In this document: positions 49,848 through 59,318 of the stretch, one piece after another
Layout of the letters: each line of letters starts with the position of its first letter
How positions within the stretch are numbered: the stretch's first letter is position 1
Assembly: GCA_016202645.1 (NCBI GenBank)
Contig: JACQOF010000146.1
Span: 620 to 64,619, forward strand
Length of the DNA: 64,000 nucleotides
Reading direction: 5' to 3'
Source: a bacterium
GTDB lineage: Bacteria; Lindowbacteria; 2-12-FULL-62-27
The notes under the pieces: model-generated
Database searches by the model: none
What the model was told of the DNA's origin: nothing
The model's input: the letters and a program-made list of their open reading frames with translations, nothing else
Made by a program: the position numbers and the translations under genes

Positions 49848-51044
49848 ATGAATCCGATGCCGGCGCTCCTGATCGTTCACTACGGCGAAATCGCCCTCAA
49901 AGGCCACAACCGGAAATGGTTTGAGGTCCAGCTTGCGATGCATCTTGCGTCGGCCCTGGGCGGCCAGGCGGCGGGGCCCGCCCTGCGCTACCGCGGCCGG
50001 CTCGGCGTTCCACTCGTGGAGGAATTTGATCCGGAAAAAATTTACGACGCCATGTCCCGCGTTTTCGGCGTCACCTATTACGCGATCGGCCGGCGGTGCG
50101 AGCGGAATATCGACGTCTTAAAGTCGCGGATCGTCGAAGACCTCCGGGCTCGATCCGCGCCCCCGCGGAGTTTCGCGGTCGTGACGCGCAGATCGGACAA
50201 GATGTTTCCCATGAATTCCGAAGCCATCAGCAGGGAGGTCGGCGCGGCGGTGCACGACACGCTGGGCATCGCGGTCGACCTGGACGAACCGGACTTGACC
50301 ATCTGGATTTCGGTTACCGAGTCCGACCTTCTCTACAGTCTCGGCCGGATTCGCGGCCCGGGCGGTCTGCCGGCGAACTCGGCGGGCCGGGTCCTCAGCT
50401 TGTTTTCCGGCGGGATCGACTCGCCGGTCTCGAGTTTTCTTCTGGCGCGCCGCGGCGCCCAGGTCGACCTCCTGCACGTTCACACCTACCGCACGAACGC
50501 GGAACTGGTTGAGGATGACCAGGGGAAAAAAATTCTAGATTTGAAGTCCGCCCTCGACCGGCACCTCGTCGGCTCCCGTCTGTTTCTGGCGCCGGCCTAT
50601 CCGTTTTCGATCAAAGCGGCGCTGTCGCTCGGCGAAAAAATCGAAATGATCCTCTTCCGGCGGTTTCTCCTCCTGCTCGCGCAGGCCTTCGCGTCCAGGA
50701 TCCGCGCCGAGGCCCTCGTGACGGGCGACAATCTCGGCCAGGTCGCGTCCCAGACCCTGTCCAACCTCGCGGCGGTCGATTTCGACCTCTCCCTGCCCGT
50801 GCTCCGGCCGCTGATTGCGATGGACAAGGTCGACATCGTGGCCTTGGCGAAAAAAATATCGACTTACGACATTTCGATCCGCCCCTACAAGGATTGCTGT
50901 TCGCTCATGTCCCGCCACCCGCGAACCCGGGTGCCGGTCGAGCTGGTCAAAAAAATCGAAGCGGACATCGGCATGCCGGCTATGGTGGAGGAGGCGCTGT
51001 CGCTCGTCGAGTCGGTCCCTTGTCAATCGGCACGAAAAAGTTAG
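49848..51044 (+). CDS. thiI: tRNA 4-thiouridine(8) synthase ThiI
   Basis: 'LIVHYGEIALKGHNRKWFE' (THUMP region) and the PP-loop 'LFSGGIDSPVSSFLLARRG'. 'VTGDNLGQVASQTL'. Confidence 0.9.
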   Translation: MNPMPALLIVHYGEIALKGHNRKWFEVQLAMHLASALGGQAAGPALRYRGRLGVPLVEEFDPEKIYDAMSRVFGVTYYAIGRRCERNIDVLKSRIVEDLRARSAPPRSFAVVTRRSDKMFPMNSEAISREVGAAVHDTLGIAVDLDEPDLTIWISVTESDLLYSLGRIRGPGGLPANSAGRVLSLFSGGIDSPVSSFLLARRGAQVDLLHVHTYRTNAELVEDDQGKKILDLKSALDRHLVGSRLFLAPAYPFSIKAALSLGEKIEMILFRRFLLLLAQAFASRIRAEALVTGDNLGQVASQTLSNLAAVDFDLSLPVLRPLIAMDKVDIVALAKKISTYDISIRPYKDCCSLMSRHPRTRVPVELVKKIEADIGMPAMVEEALSLVESVPCQSARKS

Positions 51045-51065
51045 GATAAGAAAAAGGAGGAATCC

Positions 51066-51677
51066 ATGAGCGCGAACGTGAAAGCAACGAATGTGACCTG
51101 GCATGAAGGCGTCGTCTCGAGAGAGCAACGCCAGGATCTGATGAAACAGCGGGGGGTGACCCTCTGGCTTACCGGGCTTTCGGCTTCCGGCAAATCGACC
51201 ATCGCCCGGGATCTTGAGAGAAAATTGTTTCTCGACCGCAGGCTTTGCTATGTCCTCGACGGCGACAACGTCCGGCACGGCCTCAACAAGGATCTCGGGT
51301 TTTCGCCCAAGGACCGCGAGGAAAACATCCGTCGGATCGGAGAGGTGGCCGCGCTCTTTACCGACGCGGGATTCATCACCCTTACGGCGTTCATCTCGCC
51401 ATACCGGCAGGACCGCGACAACGCCCGGAAGCTGATGAAGCCGGGGGATTTTATCGAAGTCCTCGTCGACTGCGACATCGCGACCTGCGAACAGCGCGAC
51501 CCGAAGGGCCTCTACAAAAAAGCGCGGGAAGGCAAAGTCCCGGAATTTACGGGGATCTCCGCGCCCTACGAGGCGCCGCTTCAGCCGGAACTCGTCATCG
51601 ATTCGGCGAAACTGGGCGTCGACGAGGCGTCGAACGTGCTGATGGAGTATTTGAGGGAAAAAAAGGTTTTGCTCTGA
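51066..51677 (+). CDS. cysC: Adenylyl-sulfate kinase
   Basis: 'GVTLWLTGLSASGKSTIA', 'LDGDNVRHGLNKDLGFS', 'FISPYRQDR'. Confidence 0.9.
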   Translation: MSANVKATNVTWHEGVVSREQRQDLMKQRGVTLWLTGLSASGKSTIARDLERKLFLDRRLCYVLDGDNVRHGLNKDLGFSPKDREENIRRIGEVAALFTDAGFITLTAFISPYRQDRDNARKLMKPGDFIEVLVDCDIATCEQRDPKGLYKKAREGKVPEFTGISAPYEAPLQPELVIDSAKLGVDEASNVLMEYLREKKVLL

Positions 51678-52414
51678 TGAAGTTCCGCGGCCACGACCTC
51701 TCGGCCCTCGAATCCCTCGATGTTGACGGGCGGCTCACGTGGGCGGCTGAGCGGTTCCCGGGCCGGACCGGGATCGGCACGAGTTTTCAGCACAGCGGCA
51801 TGATTCTCATCGACGCCCGGGTCCGGCTGAAGCTGGACGGCATACGGGTCTACACAATCGACACCGAACGGCTCCTGCCGGAAACGTATGACTTCATCCA
51901 GACCGTGGAAAAGCGATACGGCATCCGGATCGAATGCCTCAAACCCGACCCGGCCGAGATCCGGAAAATGGTCGCGGACCATGGGCTCTATTTGTTTTTT
52001 GACAGCAGGGAAAAACAGGAGTATTGCTGTTATCTCCGCAAGGTCAAACCCAACGAACAGGCCCTGGACGGCCTCGACGTCTGGATCACCGGACTACGGC
52101 GCGGCCAGTCCGAAAGCCGCGGCGCAACGCCCCTCTACGAAATTCTCGACCGGCCGAACGGGCAGGTCCTGAAATTGAATCCGCTGTATGATTGGCCGGA
52201 AGAGCGGATTCAGGCCGAGGTCAAAAAAAGAAACATCCCCGTCCATCCTCTCTACGCCCAAGGCTACCCGAGTTTCGGCTGTGTGATCTGCACAACGCCC
52301 ATCCGCCCCGGAGAAAATCCCCGGGCGGGGCGATGGCGGTGGTTCAATGCCGTCGACGATAAAAAGGAGTGCGGTCTTCATGTGCCGGAATCCGCGCGCA
52401 CGAAGGAAATCTGA
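51677..52414 (+). CDS. cysH: Phosphoadenosine/adenosine 5'-phosphosulfate reductase
   Basis: 'TSFQHSGMILID', 'EYCCYLRKVKP', 'ITGLRRGQS', 'GYPSFGCVICT', C-terminal 'KECGLH'. ATG 51677 shares one base with the cysC stop codon. Confidence 0.85.
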   Translation: MKFRGHDLSALESLDVDGRLTWAAERFPGRTGIGTSFQHSGMILIDARVRLKLDGIRVYTIDTERLLPETYDFIQTVEKRYGIRIECLKPDPAEIRKMVADHGLYLFFDSREKQEYCCYLRKVKPNEQALDGLDVWITGLRRGQSESRGATPLYEILDRPNGQVLKLNPLYDWPEERIQAEVKKRNIPVHPLYAQGYPSFGCVICTTPIRPGENPRAGRWRWFNAVDDKKECGLHVPESARTKEI

Positions 52415-52419
52415 CCCGG

Positions 52420-53898
52420 ATGTGGACTCCGGCGCGGCTCCAGGAGGTCGTCAAAACCAAACTGGCTGACCGGCTCTTTGTGGTGGTCTCAAACCGCGAG
52501 CCCTACATCCACCGATACGCCGAGGAAACGGTGGTCTGCGACTCTCCCAGGTCCGGACTCGTCGTCGCCCTCGATCCGGTCATGCAGTCCTGCGGCGGGG
52601 TCTGGGTCGCGCATGGATCGGGTCCGGCCGACCGGGACGTGGTCGACTCGGCGGACCATATCGAAGTCCCGCCCGAAGATCCGAAGTACACGCTCCGGCG
52701 CGTGTGGCTCTCCAAGGAGGAGGAGGACGGGTATTATTACGGTTGTTCCAACGAGGCGCTCTGGCCTCTCTGCCACATCGCCTACACGCGGCCTAAATTT
52801 GACGAATCGGACTGGGAGATGTACCGCAAGGTGAACGAAAAATTCGCCGCCGCCATCGCCGATGAGATCGGCGACCGGTCGGCTTTCGTATTCATTCAGG
52901 ACTACCATTACGCGCTTCTCCCGCGGTTTTTGAAAGAGCGCTGTCCCAACGTCGTCACCGCCCACTTCTGGCATATCCCATGGCCCAACGCGGAGGCCTT
53001 CCGGATCTTTCCGTGGAAGGAGGAACTCCTCCAGGGCATGCTGTACAACGACCTTCTCGGGTTTCATATTCTCTATCACTGCCAGAATTTTCTCGAAACG
53101 GTCGACCGGACCATGGAGTGCCTCATTGACCGGGAGCAGTCGACGGTCACGGTCGGCGGAAAGTCGACGCTTGTGAGGCCGTTTCCCATCAGCGTTGACT
53201 TCGAGGGAATTTCCCAGGCGGCGGACACGCCGGAGTGCGCGGCGGAAATGAAGCGGCTGAGGAAACACTTCGGGCTGAAAACGGAATTCATCGGTGTGGG
53301 CGTCGACCGGCTTGATTACACCAAGGGCATCCCGGAACGGCTGATGGCGATCGACCGCTTTCTCGAAAAATATCCGGCCTACCGCAAGCGCTTTACCTTC
53401 CTGCAGATCGCCGTGCCCAGCCGCACCCATATCGATACCTACAAGGAGATCGACCAGAGGGTTTTTGAGCTGACGGAGGAGATCAACTGGAAGCACGGGG
53501 AAGGCGCGTGGCGGCCGATCGTGCTGGAAAGGCAGAGCCATCCGCCGCACGCCCTGCGGGCGCTTTACCGGCTCGCCAATGTCTGCGTTGTCACGTCCCT
53601 CCACGACGGGATGAACCTGGTCGCCAAGGAATTCGTCGCGGCGAGAACGGATGAGGACGGCGTTCTGGTCCTCAGCCAGTTCACCGGCGCGTCCCGGGAG
53701 CTCACCGATGCCATCCTCGTGAACCCCTTCGCCGTCGACCAGATGGCGTCGGCGCTCGCCGAGGCGCTTGCAATGCCGGAGCCGGACCGAAAAAAGAGAA
53801 TGGCGAAACTGCGGGACCAGGTCCGGTTCAACAACATCTACCGATGGGCGGGCAAGGCCCTGTCGACCCTGTTCCGGTTTGAATTTGTCGAAGCGTAG
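52420..53898 (+). CDS. GT20 trehalose-6-phosphate-synthase-like glycosyltransferase
   Basis: 'LFVVVSNREPY', 'GGVWVAHGSG', 'YYYGCSNEALWPLCH', 'IQDYHYALLPRFLK', 'FWHIPWPNAEAFRIFPW', 'GVDRLDYTKGIPERL', 'SLHDGMNLVAKEF'. Confidence 0.85.
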   Translation: MWTPARLQEVVKTKLADRLFVVVSNREPYIHRYAEETVVCDSPRSGLVVALDPVMQSCGGVWVAHGSGPADRDVVDSADHIEVPPEDPKYTLRRVWLSKEEEDGYYYGCSNEALWPLCHIAYTRPKFDESDWEMYRKVNEKFAAAIADEIGDRSAFVFIQDYHYALLPRFLKERCPNVVTAHFWHIPWPNAEAFRIFPWKEELLQGMLYNDLLGFHILYHCQNFLETVDRTMECLIDREQSTVTVGGKSTLVRPFPISVDFEGISQAADTPECAAEMKRLRKHFGLKTEFIGVGVDRLDYTKGIPERLMAIDRFLEKYPAYRKRFTFLQIAVPSRTHIDTYKEIDQRVFELTEEINWKHGEGAWRPIVLERQSHPPHALRALYRLANVCVVTSLHDGMNLVAKEFVAARTDEDGVLVLSQFTGASRELTDAILVNPFAVDQMASALAEALAMPEPDRKKRMAKLRDQVRFNNIYRWAGKALSTLFRFEFVEA

Positions 53899-54591
53899 AT
53901 GACGGTTTCATTTCAGAAAGCCCGGCATCCGTTTTTTTTCTCCACGCACGTGGACCTCACGGAACTGACGGGGCTCCGCGCGCGCAACCTCCGGGAATTT
54001 TTGGCCCACCTCAAAACCGTCCCGGGGGCCGTGATCTATCACCATACCCACCGCTTTCTGAAACAGCACCAGTACCTCTCCCCGGAACCGCCCAACGATT
54101 TCGCGTTCTGGGCGGCCGAGGCCACCCAGGAGCCGCATCTGGCCGAACGGCTCGCGGCGGTCGATACGGTCCGGTTTTCCAGCATCCGGACGCTTCGCGA
54201 CAGGATCGTGGACATTGTCGAATCGCATCTGCGGCAAAGCCCGGACCGGGGGAACGTGGCGGCGGGCGCCGAATTTTATTTCATGAAATCGGTCAGTTTC
54301 GTCCTCCCGACGCCGCACCGGGCGGTCGACCTCGGAGAATTTGCCGAGGCTTTGAAAAAAGTGTCTCTCCACGCGATTTACCACCACGTCTTCGAAGCGC
54401 GCCTGCGCCTGGAGGATGGCATCAACGATTTTTCCAGGTGGCTGGAGGCGGAACTCGGCGAGACGGAACTCGCCAGGGCCTTCGCCCGGCTCGATCCCTA
54501 CACGCATACTCTCGAGGCGCTCCGCCGGAGGCTGATCCAGCTCACGGACCGTCGGATCCGGGAAATCCAAGCGGGGCCGCATGGCGCTTGA
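53899..54591 (+). CDS. Conserved-looking hypothetical protein overlapping or abutting both glycosyltransferase genes
   Basis: Its ATG directly follows the GT20 stop codon, and its 3' end overlaps the next gene by 11 nt. 230 aa, helical, His-rich ('YHHTHRF', 'IYHHVFE'). The family name is not verified. Confidence 0.5.
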   Translation: MTVSFQKARHPFFFSTHVDLTELTGLRARNLREFLAHLKTVPGAVIYHHTHRFLKQHQYLSPEPPNDFAFWAAEATQEPHLAERLAAVDTVRFSSIRTLRDRIVDIVESHLRQSPDRGNVAAGAEFYFMKSVSFVLPTPHRAVDLGEFAEALKKVSLHAIYHHVFEARLRLEDGINDFSRWLEAELGETELARAFARLDPYTHTLEALRRRLIQLTDRRIREIQAGPHGA

Positions 54592-55804
54592 TCAGTACGC
54601 TCCGATCGTCGGGGAATCGGTCATCGACGAACTGCGCCTCATTGCGCGGAAACTCGGAGGCCGGGTAGTCCGAAACGTCAACTCAACGGCCATCGGAGGA
54701 GGCGTCGCGGAAATCCTGAATCGCATGGTGCCGCTTCTCCGGGAACTGGGAATCGACGCGCGGTGGGACGTCATCAAGGGCGGGGAACGGTTCTATGCGG
54801 TGACCAAAAAAATTCACAACGCCCTGCACGGCGCGGCCCAGGACTTCACGGCGGAGGACCGGGACGTTTTTCTGGATACCCAGAAAACCAACGCCGCGGC
54901 GATGGACTTGGGCGCGGACGTCATGTTCATTCACGACCCCCAGCCGGCCGGCCTCATCCATTTCCGCAAAAAAAATGGCGGGCGATGGATCTGGCGGTGT
55001 CACATCGATCTTTCCGCGCCGCAGTCTGATGTCTGGGAATTTCTGAAACCGACCGTCGAGAAATATGACGTCAGCGTGTTTTCAGCTCCGGCATTTTCCC
55101 AGTCCCTTCCCATCCCGCAGGTTTTGATCTCGCCGTCGATCGATCCTCTCAGCGACAAAAACCGGGACTTGGAGGAATCGGAAGTGTCGGCCATCTGCGA
55201 CCGGCTGGACATCCCCAGGGACAAACCCCTCGTCACGCAGGTGTCCCGGTTCGACTACTTGAAAGACCCGGTCGGCGTCATCGAGGCTTTCAAAATGGTC
55301 AAGGACCACGTCGACGCGCGCCTGCTTTTGGTCGGCGGATCAGCCGACGACGATCCGGAGGGCGCGAAGGTTCTTGCGGAAGTCCGGGAACGAGCGGCCG
55401 GTGATCCGGACATCCAGGTGCTGTGTCTTCCGCCGACCTGCAACATCGAGATCAACGCGATCCAGCGGGCGTCCGACATCATTCTGCAAAAATCGATCAA
55501 GGAGGGATTCGGCCTCACGGTCTCGGAGGCGCTCTGGAAGGCCAAGCCGGTCATCGCCGGCGCGGTCGGCGGGATACCTCTTCAGATCGCGCACAAATAC
55601 TCGGGCATCCTCACGCGGTCCGTCGAAGGCACCGCCTACTGGCTCAAACAACTCCTCCAGTCCCCGGACTTCGCGCGGAAACTCGGCGAGAACGGCCGCG
55701 AACACGTCCGGGAAAATTTCCTACTCACCCGCCACCTCCGCGATTACCTCCTGATGTTTCTCTCCCTGGACCACCCGGGCAAGGACCTGATCTATCTGCA
55801 GTAG
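54581..55804 (+). CDS. TreT-like (trehalose glycosyltransferring synthase-like) GT4 glycosyltransferase
   Basis: 'VNSTAIGGGVAEILNRMVPLLRELGIDARWDVIKGGERFYAVTKKIHNALHG' is the characteristic TreT N-terminal pattern as I recall it. The C-terminal GT-B motif is 'QKSIKEGFGLTVSEALWKAKPVIAGAVGGIP'. Confidence 0.75.
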   Translation: MALDQYAPIVGESVIDELRLIARKLGGRVVRNVNSTAIGGGVAEILNRMVPLLRELGIDARWDVIKGGERFYAVTKKIHNALHGAAQDFTAEDRDVFLDTQKTNAAAMDLGADVMFIHDPQPAGLIHFRKKNGGRWIWRCHIDLSAPQSDVWEFLKPTVEKYDVSVFSAPAFSQSLPIPQVLISPSIDPLSDKNRDLEESEVSAICDRLDIPRDKPLVTQVSRFDYLKDPVGVIEAFKMVKDHVDARLLLVGGSADDDPEGAKVLAEVRERAAGDPDIQVLCLPPTCNIEINAIQRASDIILQKSIKEGFGLTVSEALWKAKPVIAGAVGGIPLQIAHKYSGILTRSVEGTAYWLKQLLQSPDFARKLGENGREHVRENFLLTRHLRDYLLMFLSLDHPGKDLIYLQ

Positions 55805-55848
55805 GGGGTACATTTGACTTCTTATAACACTTACGTTATAGTTTTGAC

Positions 55849-56199
55849 GTGACGATTGCCGTAAAGATCCAATTCTCCCCGGAGGGTGAGTCCGGCCCTG
55901 TCTTCGATTATTTGGATGAACTACAGCGGGACAATCCCAAGGCCGCGGCCAAATTGGCGGTGGATTTGCAGGTGCTGGGATCGGAAGGTATTCGGTGCCG
56001 GAAAATTTCCATCGCGCCGCTGGGCGGCGGCCTTTGGGAACTCAAACGATTGTACGCCAGGCTCGAATATAGAATCCTGTTCTGCATTCATGAAGGCGAG
56101 GTTTGGCTGTTGCACGCGTTTATCAAGAAGACTCGAAAAACACCCGCCAGGGATTTGGAACTGGCGCGGCAAAGAATGAAAGAGGTGATGTCCAGGTGA
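55849..56199 (+). CDS. RelE/ParE-superfamily toxin (HigB / phage Gp49-like)
   Basis: 'GGGLWELKRLYARLEYRILFCIHEGEVWLLHAFIKKTRKTPARDLELARQRMKE'. Confidence 0.75.
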   Translation: MTIAVKIQFSPEGESGPVFDYLDELQRDNPKAAAKLAVDLQVLGSEGIRCRKISIAPLGGGLWELKRLYARLEYRILFCIHEGEVWLLHAFIKKTRKTPARDLELARQRMKEVMSR

Positions 56200-56492
56200 A
56201 ATCGGTCAGCGGATTCGACGAATGGCTCAAAACCACGCTGCGCAAAAATAAGGATTTCCGGCGCGCCTATCGAGTCGAGTTTTCGGCGTTGCCCATCTCA
56301 ACGCAGATCAAAATTCTGCGCAGGCATAAAGGTCTGTCCCAGACATCCCTGGCTCGCCGGGCAAAACGCCCCCAGCCGGAAATCGCCAGAGCCGAACGCC
56401 CCGACTACAACATTACCGTCAATACCCTGAACCGCATAGCCGCCGCCCTCGGCGCGAAACTGGCTATTATTCCTCAAGAGGCATTGGATTAG
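56196..56492 (+). CDS. XRE-family HTH antitoxin (HigA-like)
   Basis: GTG 56196 overlaps the toxin stop (GTGA). 'IKILRRHKGLSQTSLARRAKRPQPEIARAE...TVNTLNRIAAALGAKLAI'. Confidence 0.7.
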   Translation: MKSVSGFDEWLKTTLRKNKDFRRAYRVEFSALPISTQIKILRRHKGLSQTSLARRAKRPQPEIARAERPDYNITVNTLNRIAAALGAKLAIIPQEALD

Positions 56493-56522
56493 TTCCCGTA
56501 TCTTTCCGGCGTTGCGGCCCCG

Positions 56523-57650
56523 TTACTGCTTTTCGATGTACAGCGTCCGGGTCGGGTATGCGAACTCGATGCCTTCCTTTTGAAATCGTTCCATCAAGGC
56601 GAGATTGATCCGCTCCTGGCAGTTCATGTAAATGTTGTAGTCCGGTTTCTTCACGTAATAAACGACCTCGAAATCCAGGCTTGAATCGCCGAACTTGAAA
56701 AAATTCGCCCGGTCGAGCCGGGTTTCTCCAATCCCGCCGATGATTTCCCTCACCATGTCCGGAATCCGTTTGACTTTGTCCAGCGGCGTCTGATAGACGA
56801 CGCCGAATTGGAACAACGCCCGGCGCTCGAACATCTGCTTGAAGTTCCGGATCCGGCTGCTCGTCAGATCGGCGTTGGAAAACACCAGCTGTTCACCGCT
56901 CAGGCTCCGCACCCGCGTCGTCTTGATCCCGATCTGCTCCACCGTCCCCATCAGGTCCCCGACGATGATGAAATCGCCCGGCTGAAAGGGCTTGTCGAGA
57001 AATATCGAAAACGACGCGAACAGATCCCCCAGCACCGCCTGGGCCGCCAGCGCGACCGCGATCCCGCCGATCCCAAGGCCCGCGACCACCGCCGAGACGT
57101 TCACGCCCATGTTGTCGAGCAGAAACACGACGCCGCCGGCGAAAATGACCCAGTTCGTGATGGCGGACATCGTCTTCACCGTCGCCACGCTCCCCGGATC
57201 GGCCTCGCGGCCCTTGAGATAGATCTTCTCCAAGCCGTAGGAAACCGCCATCTGAAGCATCCGAACGCCGCGGTAGGTCACCGCCGCGACCAGCAGGATG
57301 AGGATGACCTTGTGAAGGGTGGGATTCAGAGCGAGAGACCGCGTGGAAAGATACAACGCCACCGTGACGTAGACAGGCGCTCCGATCTGGCCGATCAGGC
57401 CCACCAGAAAATCGTCGAAGGTGGTCGCGCTCTTCTCTGCCAGCCGCTTGAGACGCGCTACAACCACGTCCTTGAATAGAATCAGCCCGTAGACAATGAC
57501 CAGAAACGTGACCAGCGCGACCGCATAGTCCCAAACGGTATTGCCGAAAATCCCCCGCTTCAAAATGTCAGCCAGCCGCCCCGTCCCGATGAAAACCTCC
57601 ATGGAGGATATCCTAGTAGCCGACGATTTAAAAATCAACACCGATTCCAC
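56523..57650 (-). CDS. Small-conductance mechanosensitive channel (MscS family)
   Basis: TM helices followed by 'FQPGDFIIVGDLMGTVEQIGIKTTRVRSLSGEQLVFSNADLTSSRIRNF'. The start may be the internal ATG at 57602. Confidence 0.85.
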   Translation of the reverse strand: MESVLIFKSSATRISSMEVFIGTGRLADILKRGIFGNTVWDYAVALVTFLVIVYGLILFKDVVVARLKRLAEKSATTFDDFLVGLIGQIGAPVYVTVALYLSTRSLALNPTLHKVILILLVAAVTYRGVRMLQMAVSYGLEKIYLKGREADPGSVATVKTMSAITNWVIFAGGVVFLLDNMGVNVSAVVAGLGIGGIAVALAAQAVLGDLFASFSIFLDKPFQPGDFIIVGDLMGTVEQIGIKTTRVRSLSGEQLVFSNADLTSSRIRNFKQMFERRALFQFGVVYQTPLDKVKRIPDMVREIIGGIGETRLDRANFFKFGDSSLDFEVVYYVKKPDYNIYMNCQERINLALMERFQKEGIEFAYPTRTLYIEKQ

Positions 57651-57709
57651 CCATGATCAGGGAGCGGCTGGGGAATCGTGGCCGGTAAACGCCGAAATCA
57701 CCCCTTTCC

Positions 57710-57736
57710 GTCATTCCCGCGAAAGCGGGAATCCAG
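57710..57736. repeat. Family A element, single arm (copy A4)
   Basis: GTCATTCCCGCGAAAGCGGGAATCCAG. It overlaps the last codons and the stop codon of prfC. Confidence 0.8.
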
Positions 57737-59318
57737 GAGAATCGGATAATTCGATGGAAGCGTTCTTTTCCAGAAAATACTTGAAGGTCCATTCCGTATC
57801 GAAGAGAACAACCTTCCGGCCTTGATCATCCTGCGCCAAAGCTGTTCCGCTCGGCAGAAGTCGCTTTAGATCTTCGGTTTCAAGGGCCGACTTTACCCAT
57901 CGCAGGATTTTCCACGGCATCATCTCCAAGTTCGACTCCACCTTGTATTCATCTTTCAAGCGATATTGAAGAACTTCAAATTGCAGGGGCCCGACAGCTC
58001 CCAACAGCGGCGTCGTTCGCCCCGAGTTTTGGAGAGAAAAAGTCTGAACAATGTTCTCGGCAAGAAGATGTTCCAATCCTTTACGAAAAGACTTGTAGCT
58101 CGCCAATGACGTATTTTGCAGAAAACCGAAACATTCCGGCGCGAACCGGGGGATTTCATCAAAGGAAAGGCCCGGATCCGTGCTGATGGTATCGCCAATG
58201 CGAAAATCCAGCTTCGTAACAAACCCGATAATATCCCCCGGATAGGCCTCGTTCATGATTTCACGGTCCCGGCCAAAAAGATTGTACGAATCCGATAACC
58301 GAACCGTGTGGCCGGATCGGGCATGATGAATTTTCATATCCCGGTAAAATTTCCCGGAGCAAACTCTGGCAAAAACCACCCGGTCCCGGTGCCGGGGGTT
58401 CATATTCGTCTGGACCTTGAAAACAAAAGAGGAAAAATGCGGATGATCGAGAGGGATCATCTCTCCGGTCGCTTTTCTGGGGCCCGGCTCCGGGGAATAC
58501 TTCAAAAAGTTTTTTAACAGAAACTCCACTCCGAAATTATTGGACGCGCTCCCGAAAAAAACCGGCGTTGTCTTTCCCTGCGACACGTCCTTTACATCAA
58601 ATCCGCCGTGAGCGCCGTCCAGCATTTCCAGGTCTTCAACAATTTCCCGATAGGATTGTTCATGCAAAAGATCTTTCACCAAAGGATCGGAAAGATTTCG
58701 AACGGATACAGGGGCCCGGTATAAACCTCCGGGGACTCGCTCAAAAAGATGCACCTGTTTTTCCATTCGGTCATAAATACCCTTAAAATCCGCGCCGTTG
58801 CCCAGAGGCCAGTTCACGGGAAACGCGTGAAGCTTGAGCACCTTTTCCAGTTGATCCATTAGTTCAAGCGGAGATTTTGCGGGGCGGTCGAGTTTATTCA
58901 TAAAGGTAAATATCGGGATGCCGCGTTTGCGGCAGATCTCGAAGAGTTTGATTGTTTGGCTCTCGATGCCATTAACGGCATCGATCACCATGACAACCGA
59001 GTCCACCGCCATCAATACCCGATAGGTATCCTCGGAGAAATCTTTATGACCCGGCGTATCGAGTAAATTCAAGCGGTACCCCTCGTAATCAAACTGCAGT
59101 ACGGTCGAGGAAATCGAAACCCCGCGAGTTTTTTCAAGCTCCATCCAGTCGGAGGCGGTTTCACGCTGTTTCTTTTTCGCTGTCACCGATCCGGCCAGAT
59201 GCAGAGCTCCGCCATACAACAACAGCTTCTCGGTCAGCGTTGTCTTGCCGGCATCGGGATGCGAAATAATCGCGAATGTCCTTCGCCGCGCCGCCTCTTT
59301 TCTTATCTGATCATCCAT
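57711..59318 (-). CDS. prfC: Peptide chain release factor 3
   Basis: 'RRTFAIISHPDAGKTTLTEKLLLYGGA', 'LLDTPGHKDFSEDTYR', 'NKLDR'. Full-length translational GTPase layout. Confidence 0.95.
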   Translation of the reverse strand: MDDQIRKEAARRRTFAIISHPDAGKTTLTEKLLLYGGALHLAGSVTAKKKQRETASDWMELEKTRGVSISSTVLQFDYEGYRLNLLDTPGHKDFSEDTYRVLMAVDSVVMVIDAVNGIESQTIKLFEICRKRGIPIFTFMNKLDRPAKSPLELMDQLEKVLKLHAFPVNWPLGNGADFKGIYDRMEKQVHLFERVPGGLYRAPVSVRNLSDPLVKDLLHEQSYREIVEDLEMLDGAHGGFDVKDVSQGKTTPVFFGSASNNFGVEFLLKNFLKYSPEPGPRKATGEMIPLDHPHFSSFVFKVQTNMNPRHRDRVVFARVCSGKFYRDMKIHHARSGHTVRLSDSYNLFGRDREIMNEAYPGDIIGFVTKLDFRIGDTISTDPGLSFDEIPRFAPECFGFLQNTSLASYKSFRKGLEHLLAENIVQTFSLQNSGRTTPLLGAVGPLQFEVLQYRLKDEYKVESNLEMMPWKILRWVKSALETEDLKRLLPSGTALAQDDQGRKVVLFDTEWTFKYFLEKNASIELSDSPGFPLSRE

